Assembly (NCBI GenBank): GCA_021323605.1
Contig: JAJPKS010000326.1
Span: 1-53,763, forward strand
Source: Bacillota bacterium
GTDB lineage: Bacteria; Chloroflexota; Dormibacteria; Dormibacterales; Dormibacteraceae
Length of the DNA: 53,763 nucleotides
Reading direction: 5' to 3'
Made by a program: the position numbers and the translations under genes. Below the pieces are notes generated by a model. It did not search any database and was not told the origin of the DNA. It saw only the letters and a list, made by a program, of their open reading frames with translations. Below, one piece after another: positions 19,610 to 29,398 of the stretch; the first letter of the stretch is position 1, and each line of letters starts with the position of its first letter.

Positions 19610-20812
19610 ATGATGCCCCGAAGGTCCAAGATCGGCAGAACCTGGCGGCTGCTCGCAGCCGTATTTGCGCTGACGCTGCCTCTCCTGGCCTGCGGGGGCG
19701 GGTCGGCTCCGTCAACGAGCAAGAAGATCCCGGACTACGGTTCGCTCTTCCGCCAGCAGGTGCAGCCGCCTCCTGGCGACAAGGCGGCGCAGCTCCAGTA
19801 CTACAAAAGCTGGGCACGGAAAGCGCAACAACCGGCTACTTTCGATTCCTTCGCCGGCAAGCCCGATGTCGCCATCGCCAGGAACAAGCGCATCATGATC
19901 ATCATCTGCACGGCGAGCGGTCAGGGCTGCGTGCTGCAGGGCGAGGGAGGCAAGCAGGCCGCCCAGGCTGTTGGATGGACGTACACCGAGGTTGACGGAC
20001 AGGGAAGTGCCCAGGTCGAGTCGAACGCCATCGAGCAGGCCATAGCGCAGCACTACGATGGCGTCTACATGGCGGTCGTGGATCGGAACACGGTCGCAAC
20101 CGCGCTGGCTGACGCGCACCGGGCCGGCATCCCCGTGGTGACCTCCATCAGCGGTAACACGGCCGGCGGTGACCTCTTTGCCAGCGTCGACGCTCCCGAC
20201 TTCTACGTTGGCAGGACCGACGCCGCCTGGGCCATTGCTCAGGAGAACGGCAAGCCGGTCCGGGCGGCGGTGATCTACCTGTCGCTGGCCGGCGTGAACC
20301 TCTTCCGTGCTCAGGGCTTCGTGGCCCAGATCAACGCTTGCGGCTGGTGCAGCCTGGTCGAGGCTCCGCTTTCCTATACGATCCAGACCATCAACCAGCT
20401 TCCCTCCCGCGTCTCCTCGTTGATCCAGGCCCATCCCGATATCAACTACATCTTCATGGACGTCGGTCCCTGGGTGACCTATGTCGTCCAGGGCATGTCC
20501 ACCGTCAGGTCGCTGGCCAGCAACATGACCATCCTCTCGACCGATTGCGTGCCCGATCAGCTCTCGCGGATGGCGGCTCGTAAGCCGTTCAGGGAGATCT
20601 GTGATGCCTACGCATCCGTACAGGCCGGATGGGGTGCAGTGGACGAGCTGAGCCGGGCCATGCAGGGGAAGCCACCCGGTGGAGACAAGGTCGCCACCCA
20701 GCTCTTCACGAGTGACAACATGAACCAGATCAAGCATCCCTTCACGATCGGTTACGACGTCGACAACCTGGACTACCGGGCCGCCTACCGGAAGGCGTGG
20801 GGGCTCGGATAG
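19610..20812 (+). CDS. Sugar ABC substrate-binding lipoprotein
   Basis: Lipobox LLAC and PBP type I pattern (VDGQGS..AIEQAIAQHYDG). Start uncertain (19589, 19610 or 19613). Confidence 0.85.
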   Translation: MMPRRSKIGRTWRLLAAVFALTLPLLACGGGSAPSTSKKIPDYGSLFRQQVQPPPGDKAAQLQYYKSWARKAQQPATFDSFAGKPDVAIARNKRIMIIICTASGQGCVLQGEGGKQAAQAVGWTYTEVDGQGSAQVESNAIEQAIAQHYDGVYMAVVDRNTVATALADAHRAGIPVVTSISGNTAGGDLFASVDAPDFYVGRTDAAWAIAQENGKPVRAAVIYLSLAGVNLFRAQGFVAQINACGWCSLVEAPLSYTIQTINQLPSRVSSLIQAHPDINYIFMDVGPWVTYVVQGMSTVRSLASNMTILSTDCVPDQLSRMAARKPFREICDAYASVQAGWGAVDELSRAMQGKPPGGDKVATQLFTSDNMNQIKHPFTIGYDVDNLDYRAAYRKAWGLG

Positions 20813-20838
20813 GGAGCGTTGGGGAGACTGGGCCGGAG

Positions 20839-22410
20839 ATGGGTGCCGGGCGTCTCGGGGCGGAGCCGGTCCTGCGCGTGGATGGGCTGACGAAATCCTT
20901 CGGCGGCGTGGTGGTCGTCGACCACGTCAGCTTCGCCGTCTGGCCCGGAGAGGTGGTCGGACTGGTGGGCCAGAACGGCTCCGGCAAGTCGACGCTCCTC
21001 AAGATGCTCGCTCGCTTCTACCGGCCCGATGAAGGAAGCTTCGTCGCCCGGGAGGGTCAGGACGTCGATCCCCCTTCCGGGCTTCTCCACCACGACCAGC
21101 CCTGCATCGCCTTCGTCCACCAGGACCTCGGCCTCGTCCCGTCGCTCTCGGTGGTGGAGAACCTGGCCCTGGGGCGTGGCTACCCTCGGCATCTGGGGGG
21201 CACACTCATCGACTGGGGCAGGGCCGAAGCGGAGGCGCGCGCCATCCTGCGTCAGCACGGCATCCCCGCCGAGCCTGGGACGCCGGTTCGGGACCTGTCC
21301 CTGGCCGATCGAGCCCTGCTCGCCATTGGACGGGCCCTGGGGGTGGTCGACGCGGCCAGAACTCCCCTGCTGGTGCTCGACGAGCCCACGGCCAGCCTGC
21401 CCGACGCGGAGGTGGGAAGGGTCCTGACCGCCGTCGCCGACGTCGCCGGGCGGGGCGGAGCGGTCATCTTCGTCTCCCACCGTCTCGACGAGGTGCTGCA
21501 GGTGGCCGGCAGAGTACTGGTAATCCGAGACGGGAGGCTGGTCGCCGACGAGCCGCGCCATCGACTCAGCCACGACCGGCTCCTGGCACTGATGCTGGGA
21601 CGCGAGTTCCAGCGGATCGTCGCCCTTCCGCAGAGTGGACCTCTGAGGAGCACGCCCAGGCTGCAGGTCCAGGGACTCGGCGGTCGTCTCCTCCGCGACT
21701 TTAGCTGCAGCGTCGCCGAGGGGGAGATCGTGGGCGTCACCGGCCTGCTCGGCTCCGGCAAGAGCGAGCTGGGGCGGATCCTGGCTGGCGCCCAGCCCGC
21801 CTCCACCGGTCGGGTGCTGATCGACGGTCGGCCCCTTGCTCTCCGGCATCCGCGCGACGCGGTCCGGGCCGGCATCGGGTACGTGCCGCCGGATCGGCGG
21901 GCCCAGGGCGGCCTCTTGAACATGACGGCGACCGAGAACCTGACCCTGCCCGATCTCCGCTCGTTCTTGCGGCCGTTCCTCCGCCTGCTCGACCACCGGG
22001 CGGAGGAGGCGGCGACTCTCGACTGGATGATGCGGGCGCGGGTCGTGCCGCCATCCCCCCGGCAGCGGTTTGACGCCTTCAGCGGCGGTAATCAGCAGAA
22101 GCTGGTCTACGGCCGTTGGGTCCGGCTCTCACCTCGGGTCCTCGTTCTCGACGAGCCCACCCGCGGCGTCGACGTGGGGTCGGTGGCCGACCTCTACCAG
22201 ATCGTCCGCGAGCAGGCCGCCCGGGGGGCGGCGATCCTCCTGCTCTCCAGTGAATGGGAGGACCTGCCCAGGATCTGCCATCGAATCGTGGTCCTGGACC
22301 GCGGCCGCATCGTCGCGGAGCTGAGCGGGCCGGCCCGCACCCTGGACAACATCGTTGCTGCCGCCTACGGGCACGTCGATCACAGCGATGCAGGAGCGCC
22401 CTCGCCGTGA
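20839..22410 (+). CDS. Sugar ABC ATP-binding protein (tandem NBDs)
   Basis: GQNGSGKST, LDEPT twice, FSGGNQQK. Confidence 0.92.
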   Translation: MGAGRLGAEPVLRVDGLTKSFGGVVVVDHVSFAVWPGEVVGLVGQNGSGKSTLLKMLARFYRPDEGSFVAREGQDVDPPSGLLHHDQPCIAFVHQDLGLVPSLSVVENLALGRGYPRHLGGTLIDWGRAEAEARAILRQHGIPAEPGTPVRDLSLADRALLAIGRALGVVDAARTPLLVLDEPTASLPDAEVGRVLTAVADVAGRGGAVIFVSHRLDEVLQVAGRVLVIRDGRLVADEPRHRLSHDRLLALMLGREFQRIVALPQSGPLRSTPRLQVQGLGGRLLRDFSCSVAEGEIVGVTGLLGSGKSELGRILAGAQPASTGRVLIDGRPLALRHPRDAVRAGIGYVPPDRRAQGGLLNMTATENLTLPDLRSFLRPFLRLLDHRAEEAATLDWMMRARVVPPSPRQRFDAFSGGNQQKLVYGRWVRLSPRVLVLDEPTRGVDVGSVADLYQIVREQAARGAAILLLSSEWEDLPRICHRIVVLDRGRIVAELSGPARTLDNIVAAAYGHVDHSDAGAPSP

Positions 22411-23549
22411 ACGATCGAGACCTCAGCCACGTCGAAGAGGAGCTACCGGAAGGCCCGATGGTGACCGAAACGGGGGGGCGAGGGTCGGTGTCGTCCCCGG
22501 AGTTCGAGAAGCCGGGCGGCCGGCCCGCGACGTCGCCCGGCTTGGCCGGCGGCCGTCTGCAGTCGGCCGCGGCCACGGTCGGGCTCAGCCGGCTGCTCGA
22601 ACGCTTCGGGGCCCTGGGCATCCTGTTGCTGGCCATTGCCGTCTTCTCCGTGCTGCGGCCGGACACCTTTCCGACCGCCGTCAACGCCGAGGCCATCCTG
22701 GTCTCGCAGGGCGTGCTGGCGTTGCTCGTCCTGGGCCTGCTGCTGCCCCTGGCCGCGGGCGAGTTCGACCTCTCCATCGGCTTTGTGATGAGCTTCTGCA
22801 CGGCGGTGGTCGGGGCCCTAACGGCCTTCCAGGGTTGGAACCCGCTGGCCGCGTCGCTCTTCACCTTCGCGCTCGCCCTCGCCGTCGGCGCCGCCAACGG
22901 CTTGCTCATCGTCTACGCGCGAATCAACTCTTTCATCGCCACCCTCGGGATGGGCACGGTCCTCGCCGGCCTCACCAACTGGATCTCGAAGGGCCAGATC
23001 ATCGGGGCGGCCAGCGTGCAGGTGGGGGGCGCGGAGAAGGGGCTGCCCGGGCAGCTGCTCTGGCTCGGGCAGACGGACGTCCTCGGAATCGGCCTGCCCG
23101 TGATCTGGATGTTGATCGCGGTGGTGGTCTTCGCCGTAGTCATGGGTCACACCCAGTTCGGACGCTTCCTGTACGCGGTCGGCGGCGGCCGCGAGGTGGC
23201 GAGGCTGGCCGGGGTGCCCACCAACCGCCTCGTCGTGCTCGCCTTCATGGTCTCCGCCGCGACCTCGTGCTTCGCCGCCTTCGTGGCCCTGGGGCTGTTC
23301 GGCTCGGCTCATCCCGACGTCGGCGACCAGTACCTGCTGCCGGCGTTCGCCGCCGCCTTCCTGGGCGCGACCGCGATCCAGCCCGGTCGCTTCAATGTCT
23401 GGGGCTCGATCGTGGCCATCTTCCTCCTGGCCGTCCTGGTGACGGGGCTCCAGCAGCTGGGGGCGCCCTACTGGGTGTCCTCGGTGTTCAACGGCCTGGC
23501 CCTGATCGTCGCCGTCGGGCTGGCCAGGAGCCGGGAGTGGCGATCTTGA
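22407..23549 (+). CDS. Monosaccharide ABC transporter permease
   Basis: EFDLSIG, SFIATLG, YAVGGGREVARLAGV, YLLPAFAAAFLG. GTGA overlap; alternative start 22458. Confidence 0.92.
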   Translation: MNDRDLSHVEEELPEGPMVTETGGRGSVSSPEFEKPGGRPATSPGLAGGRLQSAAATVGLSRLLERFGALGILLLAIAVFSVLRPDTFPTAVNAEAILVSQGVLALLVLGLLLPLAAGEFDLSIGFVMSFCTAVVGALTAFQGWNPLAASLFTFALALAVGAANGLLIVYARINSFIATLGMGTVLAGLTNWISKGQIIGAASVQVGGAEKGLPGQLLWLGQTDVLGIGLPVIWMLIAVVVFAVVMGHTQFGRFLYAVGGGREVARLAGVPTNRLVVLAFMVSAATSCFAAFVALGLFGSAHPDVGDQYLLPAFAAAFLGATAIQPGRFNVWGSIVAIFLLAVLVTGLQQLGAPYWVSSVFNGLALIVAVGLARSREWRS

Positions 23550-23607
23550 GCCCGGCGTATGCGGCCGTCGGGCTGCGCGCGGCGGATCACCGGAGCGAAG
23601 GAGGACG

Positions 23608-24666
23608 ATGCAGAGGATCGAGGAGCCAGGAGGTGACGGCGTGACCCGTACGAGCGCCCGCATGGGCCGGGCCCTCTGGTTCGTGGGGCCGCGGCAAGCC
23701 GAGATCCGCGAAGAGGAGGTCCCCGAGCCAGTCGGCGAGGAGGTCATGGTCAGGGCGCTGGTGTCCCTGGTCAGCGCCGGGACCGAGATGCTCATCTACC
23801 GGGGCGAGGCGAACCCCGAGGCCGACCTCGGGCTGGAGACGGCCAGGGGCAGCTTCGGTTTCCCGGTCAAGTACGCCTACCAGACGGTGGGTGAGGTGAT
23901 CGCCGTGGGCGAGCGGTCGAGTCATCGGGTGGGAGAGATGGTGTTCTGCCGCCATCCCCACCAGGACGTCTTCACCCTGCCTGGCGGGGGCTGGCTCCTG
24001 GCCCGGGTGCCCGAGGGGTTGAGCCCGGAACGGGCCGCGTTCGCCAATCTGCTGGAGGTCGCCCTGACCTCCCAACTCGACGTGCCCACGCGGCCCGGCG
24101 ACTGCGTGGTGGTCTTCGGCCAGGGGGTGGTGGGCAGCCTCTGCGCCCAGCTGGCACGACGGACCGCCGGTCGCCTGGCGGTGGTGGATCCCGTCCCCGC
24201 GCGCCGCGAGCAGGCCCTACGCTGGGGGGCCGACCGCGCCTTCGCCCCCGGCGAGGCCCTGACCGGCGTCGAGGCGATGTCTGAGGGCCGGGGCGCCGAC
24301 ATCGCCATCGAGGCGACCGGCGCGCCGTCGGCGCTCCAGGCCGCCATCCGGTGCACCGGCCAGGAGGGCACGATCGTGGCCATCTCGTTCTTCGGGACCA
24401 GGGTGGTGCCGCTCGTCCTCTCTCCCGAGTTCCACTTCCGGCGACAGCGAATCGTGAGCGCGCAGGTCAGCAGCATCGGGTCCGGGCTGCAGCCCCGGTG
24501 GTCCTTTGCCCGGCGCACGAACGTGGCCTTCGACCTCCTTCGCCAGGGTTGGCTCCACACCCCGGTCACGCATCGATTCCCGTTCGAGCGGGCGCCGGAG
24601 GCGTACCGGCTGCTCGACACCCGGCCCGAGGAGGCGCTGGGGATCCTGCTCACCTATCCGGCCTGA
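23608..24666 (+). CDS. MDR-superfamily oxidoreductase lacking the canonical Zn cysteines
   Basis: SLVSAGTE and Rossmann FGQGVVG; no CxxCxxC. Confidence 0.85.
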   Translation: MQRIEEPGGDGVTRTSARMGRALWFVGPRQAEIREEEVPEPVGEEVMVRALVSLVSAGTEMLIYRGEANPEADLGLETARGSFGFPVKYAYQTVGEVIAVGERSSHRVGEMVFCRHPHQDVFTLPGGGWLLARVPEGLSPERAAFANLLEVALTSQLDVPTRPGDCVVVFGQGVVGSLCAQLARRTAGRLAVVDPVPARREQALRWGADRAFAPGEALTGVEAMSEGRGADIAIEATGAPSALQAAIRCTGQEGTIVAISFFGTRVVPLVLSPEFHFRRQRIVSAQVSSIGSGLQPRWSFARRTNVAFDLLRQGWLHTPVTHRFPFERAPEAYRLLDTRPEEALGILLTYPA

Positions 24667-24706
24667 GGCGTCTCGGACGTCGGCGGGGGGCGGCTATCCT
24701 GGTCCG

Positions 24707-25210
24707 ATGCGGACGGTCGCGCCGGAGGGGAGGGCCCCTGCCTGGCGGCGCTCGGCCCTGGTGATGCTCGTCGGCCTCCTCCTCCAGTTCCTCCTCGGGA
24801 TGGCGGTCAACCTCTTCGTCGAGGTGACCCGTCACCACCCCGGCGCCAACCCGCCCGAGTACTTCTCGGGAGTGGTGCAGAGCGTGACCTGAGCCATCCT
24901 CCAGGGGCCCCGGCCCTGGCTCACGCTGCACGCCGGGCTGGGGCTCCTGCTCGTGCTCGGATCCTTCGTGGTGCTGGGGCAGGCCATCGCCGGGCGCCGC
25001 CGGGGGGCGATCGCGGGGGCCGGGCTCGGCGCCGTCGGCGTCCTGGCGGCGGGGTTCAACGGGGGCAGCTTCCTCAACTACGGAGAGGATGTCAGCTCCA
25101 TGCTCATGGCCGCCGGCTTCGCGGTCGGCACCCTGGGATTCGTGATCCTGCTCGCCCTGCCGCCGGTGCTTCCTTCCGAGGCCGCCATCCCGGCCCCGCC
25201 CGGCTCGTAG
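24707..25210 (+). pseudogene. Four-TM membrane protein with an in-frame TGA at 24890-24892
   Basis: One frame runs from ATG 24707 to TAG 25210: ..QFLLGMAVNLFV..QSVT*AILQGPRPWLTLHAGLG..GFNGGSFLNY. TATCCT lies 6 nt before the ATG. Confidence 0.75.
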
Positions 25211-25338
25211 CCGGGGCCGCGGCCCGGGGCGGGACGGCCCGGGGGTGGGCGAAGCGACGGCCGGCCGGCCCGTCGGGGCCAGCCTAGAATCGAACCGGGC
25301 GGGGTTGCACGTCCACGTCCCGTCCCACGGAGGCCCTG

Positions 25339-27729
25339 ATGTCGGCGGCCACCGAACGTCCTGACGGCTATCGCTGGGTGGCGCTCTCCAACACCACCCT
25401 GGGCATGCTGATGGCGACGATCAACTCCTCGATCGTCCTCATCTCGCTGCCGGCCATCTTTCGGGGCATCGGCCTCGACCCGCTGACCCCGGCCAACGTC
25501 GGCTACCTGCTCTGGATGCTGATGGGCTACATGGTGGCGACCGCGGTGCTGGTGGTCAGCCTGGGCCGGGTGGGCGACATGTTCGGCCGGGTACGCATGT
25601 ACAACCTGGGCTTCGCCGTCTTCACCCTGGCCTCGATCGGGCTCTCGCTGGTGCTCTGGCCGGGGCCGAGCGCGGCCCTGACCCTGATCGGCCTGCGCAT
25701 CCTCCAGGGGGTGGGGGGCGCCCTGCTGATGGCCAACTCGGCCGCCATCCTCACCGACGCCTTCCCCCCCGATCAGCGCGGGATGGCGCTGGGTATCAAC
25801 TCCGTGGCCGGCATCGCCGGGTCGTTCATCGGCCTGATCGCCGGTGGCCTGCTCTCGACCAGCGACTGGCACCTCGTCTTTCTGGTCTCGGTGCCGATCG
25901 GGCTGGCGGGGACGGCCTGGGCCTACTGGCGGCTGCGCGAGGTCGGGGTCGTCCGTCCCGCCCGCATGGACTGGTGGGGCAACCTCCTCTTCGGCGCCGG
26001 CCTGGTCGCCGTTCTGGTCGGCATCACCTACGGGATCCAGCCCTACGACGGGCACAGCATGGGCTGGACCAACCCCGTGGTCCTGGCCGAGCTGAGCGCG
26101 GGGGCCGTCCTGCTGGTCCTGTTCTGCCTGGTCGAGGCCCGGGTGCCGGACCCGATGTTCAGGCTGGGGCTGTTCCGCATCCCCGCCTTCGCCGCCGGCA
26201 ACCTGGCCGGCCTGCTGGCCTCGGTCGGCCGCGGCGGCCTGATGTTCATGCTGATCATCTGGCTGCAGGGGATCTGGCTGCCCCTGCACGGCTTCAGCTT
26301 CGAGGTGACCCCGCTCTGGGCGGCGATCTACATGCTGCCCATGACGGCCGGCTTCCTCATCGCCGGCCCCATCTCCGGCTACCTCTCTGATCGCTTCGGC
26401 GCCCGTCCCTTCGCCACCGGCGGCATGCTGGCCGCCGCCCTCACCTTCGGGCTGATGCTCCTCCTGCCCGCCGACTTCTCCTACCCGCCCTTCGCCGCCC
26501 TGCTGCTGGCCAACGGCCTGGCCATGGGTCTCTTCGCCTCGCCCAACACGGCCGGGATCATGAACGCGGTACCGCCTCACGAGCGGGGGGTGGCCTCGGG
26601 GATGCGGTCCACCTTCCAGAACGCGGGCATGAACCTCTCCATCGGGCTCTTCTTCTCGCTCATGATCGCCGGGCTCAGCGCCGATCTGCCCCGCGCCCTC
26701 TACCGCGGGCTGACCGCCCAGGGCCTGCCCGCGACGGTGGCGGCCCGTATCGCCCACCTGCCGCCGGTGGGCGTCCTCTTCGCCGCCTTCCTGGGCTTCA
26801 ACCCGATGCGGGCGCTGGCCGGCCCTGCTCTGGCCCGGTTGCCGGTGGAGAAGCAGGCCCTGATCACGGGCAAGGCCTTCTTCCCCCAGCTCATCTCAGG
26901 GCCGTTCATGGACGGCGTGCACCTCACCTTCGCCTTCTCCATGGTGATGATGCTGGTGGCGGCGGCCGCCTCCTGGCTCCGGGGTGGACGCTACGTCTAC
27001 GGCGAGGAGGTCGTCCCCGCCCCCGCCGGCGCCCCGGTGCCCCTCCCCGCCCGATCGGGCGCCCCGGCCGGTCCGTCCCTGGTGGCCGTTTCCGCCGCCT
27101 ACGGAGCCGGGGGCGGCGAGATCGGGCAGGCCCTGGCCCGGCGCCTGGGCGTGCCCTTCATCGACCGCGCCCTTCCCGCCGGGCTGGCCGAGCGTCTCTC
27201 GGCTCCCCTCCAGGAGGCTCTGGAGGACGACGTACGGCCCGCCAACGGCCGCGTCGCCCGGGCACTGGCGGAGGTGGGAGCCTCCTCCCCGCTCTTCGGC
27301 ATCCAGGGCCTATCGGCGTCCCCGGCGGTGGTCGACGCCGAGGGCTACCGGGCCCGGGTGGTGGAAGCCCTCGACCATCTGGCCGGCTCCTCGGGCGGGG
27401 TCGTGGTCGGCCACGGGGCGGCGGCCGCACTCCTGTCCCGACCCCACGTGCTCCGGGTCCGGCTGGAGGGGCCACCGGCGCGCCGTCTCCACCGGGCCAT
27501 GCGGATGGAGGGCCTGGAGGAGGCCGCCGCCAAGCGCCGGCTGGCGGCCGCGGATCGTGCCCATCGCGCCTACCTGCGGTACCTGTTCGGCCGCGAGCCC
27601 GAGGACCGGGAGCTGTACCACCTGATCCTGGACTCGACCGTTCTGTCGCCGGAGGCCTGCGTGGAGGTGATCCTGACCGCGCTGGAGGGCCTCCGCGGCG
27701 CCGATCTCGATCCCGGGCCCGGCCGGTGA
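25339..27729 (+). CDS. DHA2-type MFS transporter fused to a C-terminal cytidylate-kinase-like domain
   Basis: MFS motifs GRVGDMFGR, RILQGVGGA, LSDRFGAR. C-terminal VSAAYGAGGGEIGQALARRLGVPFIDR..YHLILDS. Confidence 0.9.
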   Translation: MSAATERPDGYRWVALSNTTLGMLMATINSSIVLISLPAIFRGIGLDPLTPANVGYLLWMLMGYMVATAVLVVSLGRVGDMFGRVRMYNLGFAVFTLASIGLSLVLWPGPSAALTLIGLRILQGVGGALLMANSAAILTDAFPPDQRGMALGINSVAGIAGSFIGLIAGGLLSTSDWHLVFLVSVPIGLAGTAWAYWRLREVGVVRPARMDWWGNLLFGAGLVAVLVGITYGIQPYDGHSMGWTNPVVLAELSAGAVLLVLFCLVEARVPDPMFRLGLFRIPAFAAGNLAGLLASVGRGGLMFMLIIWLQGIWLPLHGFSFEVTPLWAAIYMLPMTAGFLIAGPISGYLSDRFGARPFATGGMLAAALTFGLMLLLPADFSYPPFAALLLANGLAMGLFASPNTAGIMNAVPPHERGVASGMRSTFQNAGMNLSIGLFFSLMIAGLSADLPRALYRGLTAQGLPATVAARIAHLPPVGVLFAAFLGFNPMRALAGPALARLPVEKQALITGKAFFPQLISGPFMDGVHLTFAFSMVMMLVAAAASWLRGGRYVYGEEVVPAPAGAPVPLPARSGAPAGPSLVAVSAAYGAGGGEIGQALARRLGVPFIDRALPAGLAERLSAPLQEALEDDVRPANGRVARALAEVGASSPLFGIQGLSASPAVVDAEGYRARVVEALDHLAGSSGGVVVGHGAAAALLSRPHVLRVRLEGPPARRLHRAMRMEGLEEAAAKRRLAAADRAHRAYLRYLFGREPEDRELYHLILDSTVLSPEACVEVILTALEGLRGADLDPGPGR

Positions 27730-27817
27730 GCCGCCCTCGGAGCTCGCGCCCCGAGGACGGCCCGGCCGTGGCCGGCGCCGCCGGGAGGGGTCGCGGCGGG
27801 CGCCGGCGTGGGCGAGG

Positions 27818-28315
27818 TCAGGTCGCGGGGGGCGTGTCGGGGGTGACCACGAACCACTTGCCCCCGACGTTCTGGCCGTAGACGTCGCCGGCGTCCTTGT
27901 CCTTGACGTAGGTGTAGAGCGGCCACCCGTTGTAGGTCACCTGGGTACCGCCCGAGGGGTTGGCGACGGTCCCCAGCCTGGCGCTGATGGACGACGGCCC
28001 GGTCGGCTTGCTCTGTCCCGAGGGGAGCATGAGCGGCGGCCAGAGGCTGGCGCAGTTCCCGGTGCAGGTGACCTTGCCCCCGCGATCGGGCATGTAGTAG
28101 TAGAGAGTGAGGCCCTTGGGGCTGGCGAGCACGGTCTCCGACTTGCCGTCCACCATGGCCGTCTTGGTCTCGACCAAGGCGGGAGAAGGTTTGGGCTTGG
28201 CGGCCGTCGACGGGGTGGACGAGGTCGACGCGCTCCCGCAGGCCGCGATCATCAGGCCGGCCACGGCGGCCAGCACCAGCGCACCCGGTCTCGACGTGAT
28301 CGGTGACACCTTCAC
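27818..28315 (-). CDS. Secreted lipoprotein with Y-X4-D repeats (COG4315/Lipoprotein_15-like)
   Basis: Lipobox IAAC, GLTLYYYMPD..CTGNCASLWPPL, QVTYNGWPLYTYVKD..G..W. Confidence 0.88.
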   Translation of the reverse strand: MKVSPITSRPGALVLAAVAGLMIAACGSASTSSTPSTAAKPKPSPALVETKTAMVDGKSETVLASPKGLTLYYYMPDRGGKVTCTGNCASLWPPLMLPSGQSKPTGPSSISARLGTVANPSGGTQVTYNGWPLYTYVKDKDAGDVYGQNVGGKWFVVTPDTPPAT

Positions 28316-28555
28316 CTCCTCCTTCGCGTAGCTGCGTCCGGCTCGCGGACGTGGATCACCGGTCTGATACCGTCCCGGGTTACGATCCGGGACCGCTACC
28401 GGGTACCCGGGCCGGGGGGTGTGGCTCGACCCCGTCCGGGGTGCGCCGGGGCGGCCGGATCGGCTTCGGGCCGGTCGAGGGGCGCTCGACGCGCGGTCGG
28501 CGATCGGGGCCTGGAAAAAGGTGGGGGACAGCCCCCGCCGGGCTGGGAGCCGGAG

Positions 28556-29155
28556 TCAGGCCGGGGTGGGCCGGGGCGCCGCCAGCTGGTGCTGTGCCCG
28601 CCGCAGTCGCAGCGCGGCGGCGATCATCAGGATGCCGTAGACGATCAGCCAGATGCCCAGGACGATGGCCAGGGCCAGCACCGAGATGGCCGGGAAGGCG
28701 AGGACGATGATCCCGGCGATGACCGAGAGCAGGCCGGCGAAGACGGTCAGCCCGCGGTTCGGCGTCTCCCGGTGGGCGATCCCGGAGAAGGCGTGGATCA
28801 CACCGTAGATGATCCAGAAGATGCCCAGCAAGAGGGCCAGGGCCAGGATGGTGGCGACGACGTGGCGGAGGCAGAGGATGCCGACGAAGAACGACAGCGC
28901 CCCCAGCAGGGCCATCCAGACCCGGGTTCCCGCCTGCCGCTCCCCGCTCGCCACCGCGCTCACGAACTGGAAGATGCCGGTCACGATCAGGTACCAGCCG
29001 AACAGGACGGCCAGGAGGAAGACGGTCTCCCCGGGCCATACCAGGGCGAAGATCCCCGCCAGCACACTGAGGATCCCGAAGACCAGCAGCCAGCCCCAGT
29101 GGCGCCCGAGCTGGGCGATCATGTCCATCGGATCGGAACGCACCTGTTGTGCCAT
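28556..29155 (-). CDS. HdeD/DUF308 membrane protein
   Basis: Three repeats of GILSVLAGI-type helical hairpins. SD GAGGAG before ATG 29155. Confidence 0.88.
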   Translation of the reverse strand: MAQQVRSDPMDMIAQLGRHWGWLLVFGILSVLAGIFALVWPGETVFLLAVLFGWYLIVTGIFQFVSAVASGERQAGTRVWMALLGALSFFVGILCLRHVVATILALALLLGIFWIIYGVIHAFSGIAHRETPNRGLTVFAGLLSVIAGIIVLAFPAISVLALAIVLGIWLIVYGILMIAAALRLRRAQHQLAAPRPTPA

Positions 29156-29398
29156 AACCGCTCCTCGTGATGTCCGCGACGGCTCCGGGCCCCGTGTCGA
29201 CGTGCCGCGCGACCCCGCCACGGCTTTCCGACCAGCTTCGGCCCTGGCCCCGCCCGCGTCGCGGCCCGGGGGAGCGGTGCTTAGACAGAACCTGTGACGT
29301 CGGCCGCCGGGTGGGCGTGGCGGCCCGTCGGCCGGCGGCGCACGCTCACACCGGGAACCTCGCCAGGGGCGCGGTCGGTGCCGGGTGCCGGGGGAGGA

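Noticed and set aside
8738-24667. 10-bp direct repeat CCGGCCTGAG at both ends of the atypical block (8738-8747, 24658-24667) as a possible att site or target duplication
   Set aside because: Both copies are simply Pro-Ala-stop gene ends, CCGGCCTGA also ends the gene at 50415, and there is no integrase or tRNA.
10981-24892. Alternative genetic code (TAG or TGA reassigned) or selenocysteine
   Set aside because: Both codons end many genes here at family-typical C-termini. The TGA is not at a Cys-like catalytic position and I recognised no canonical SECIS.
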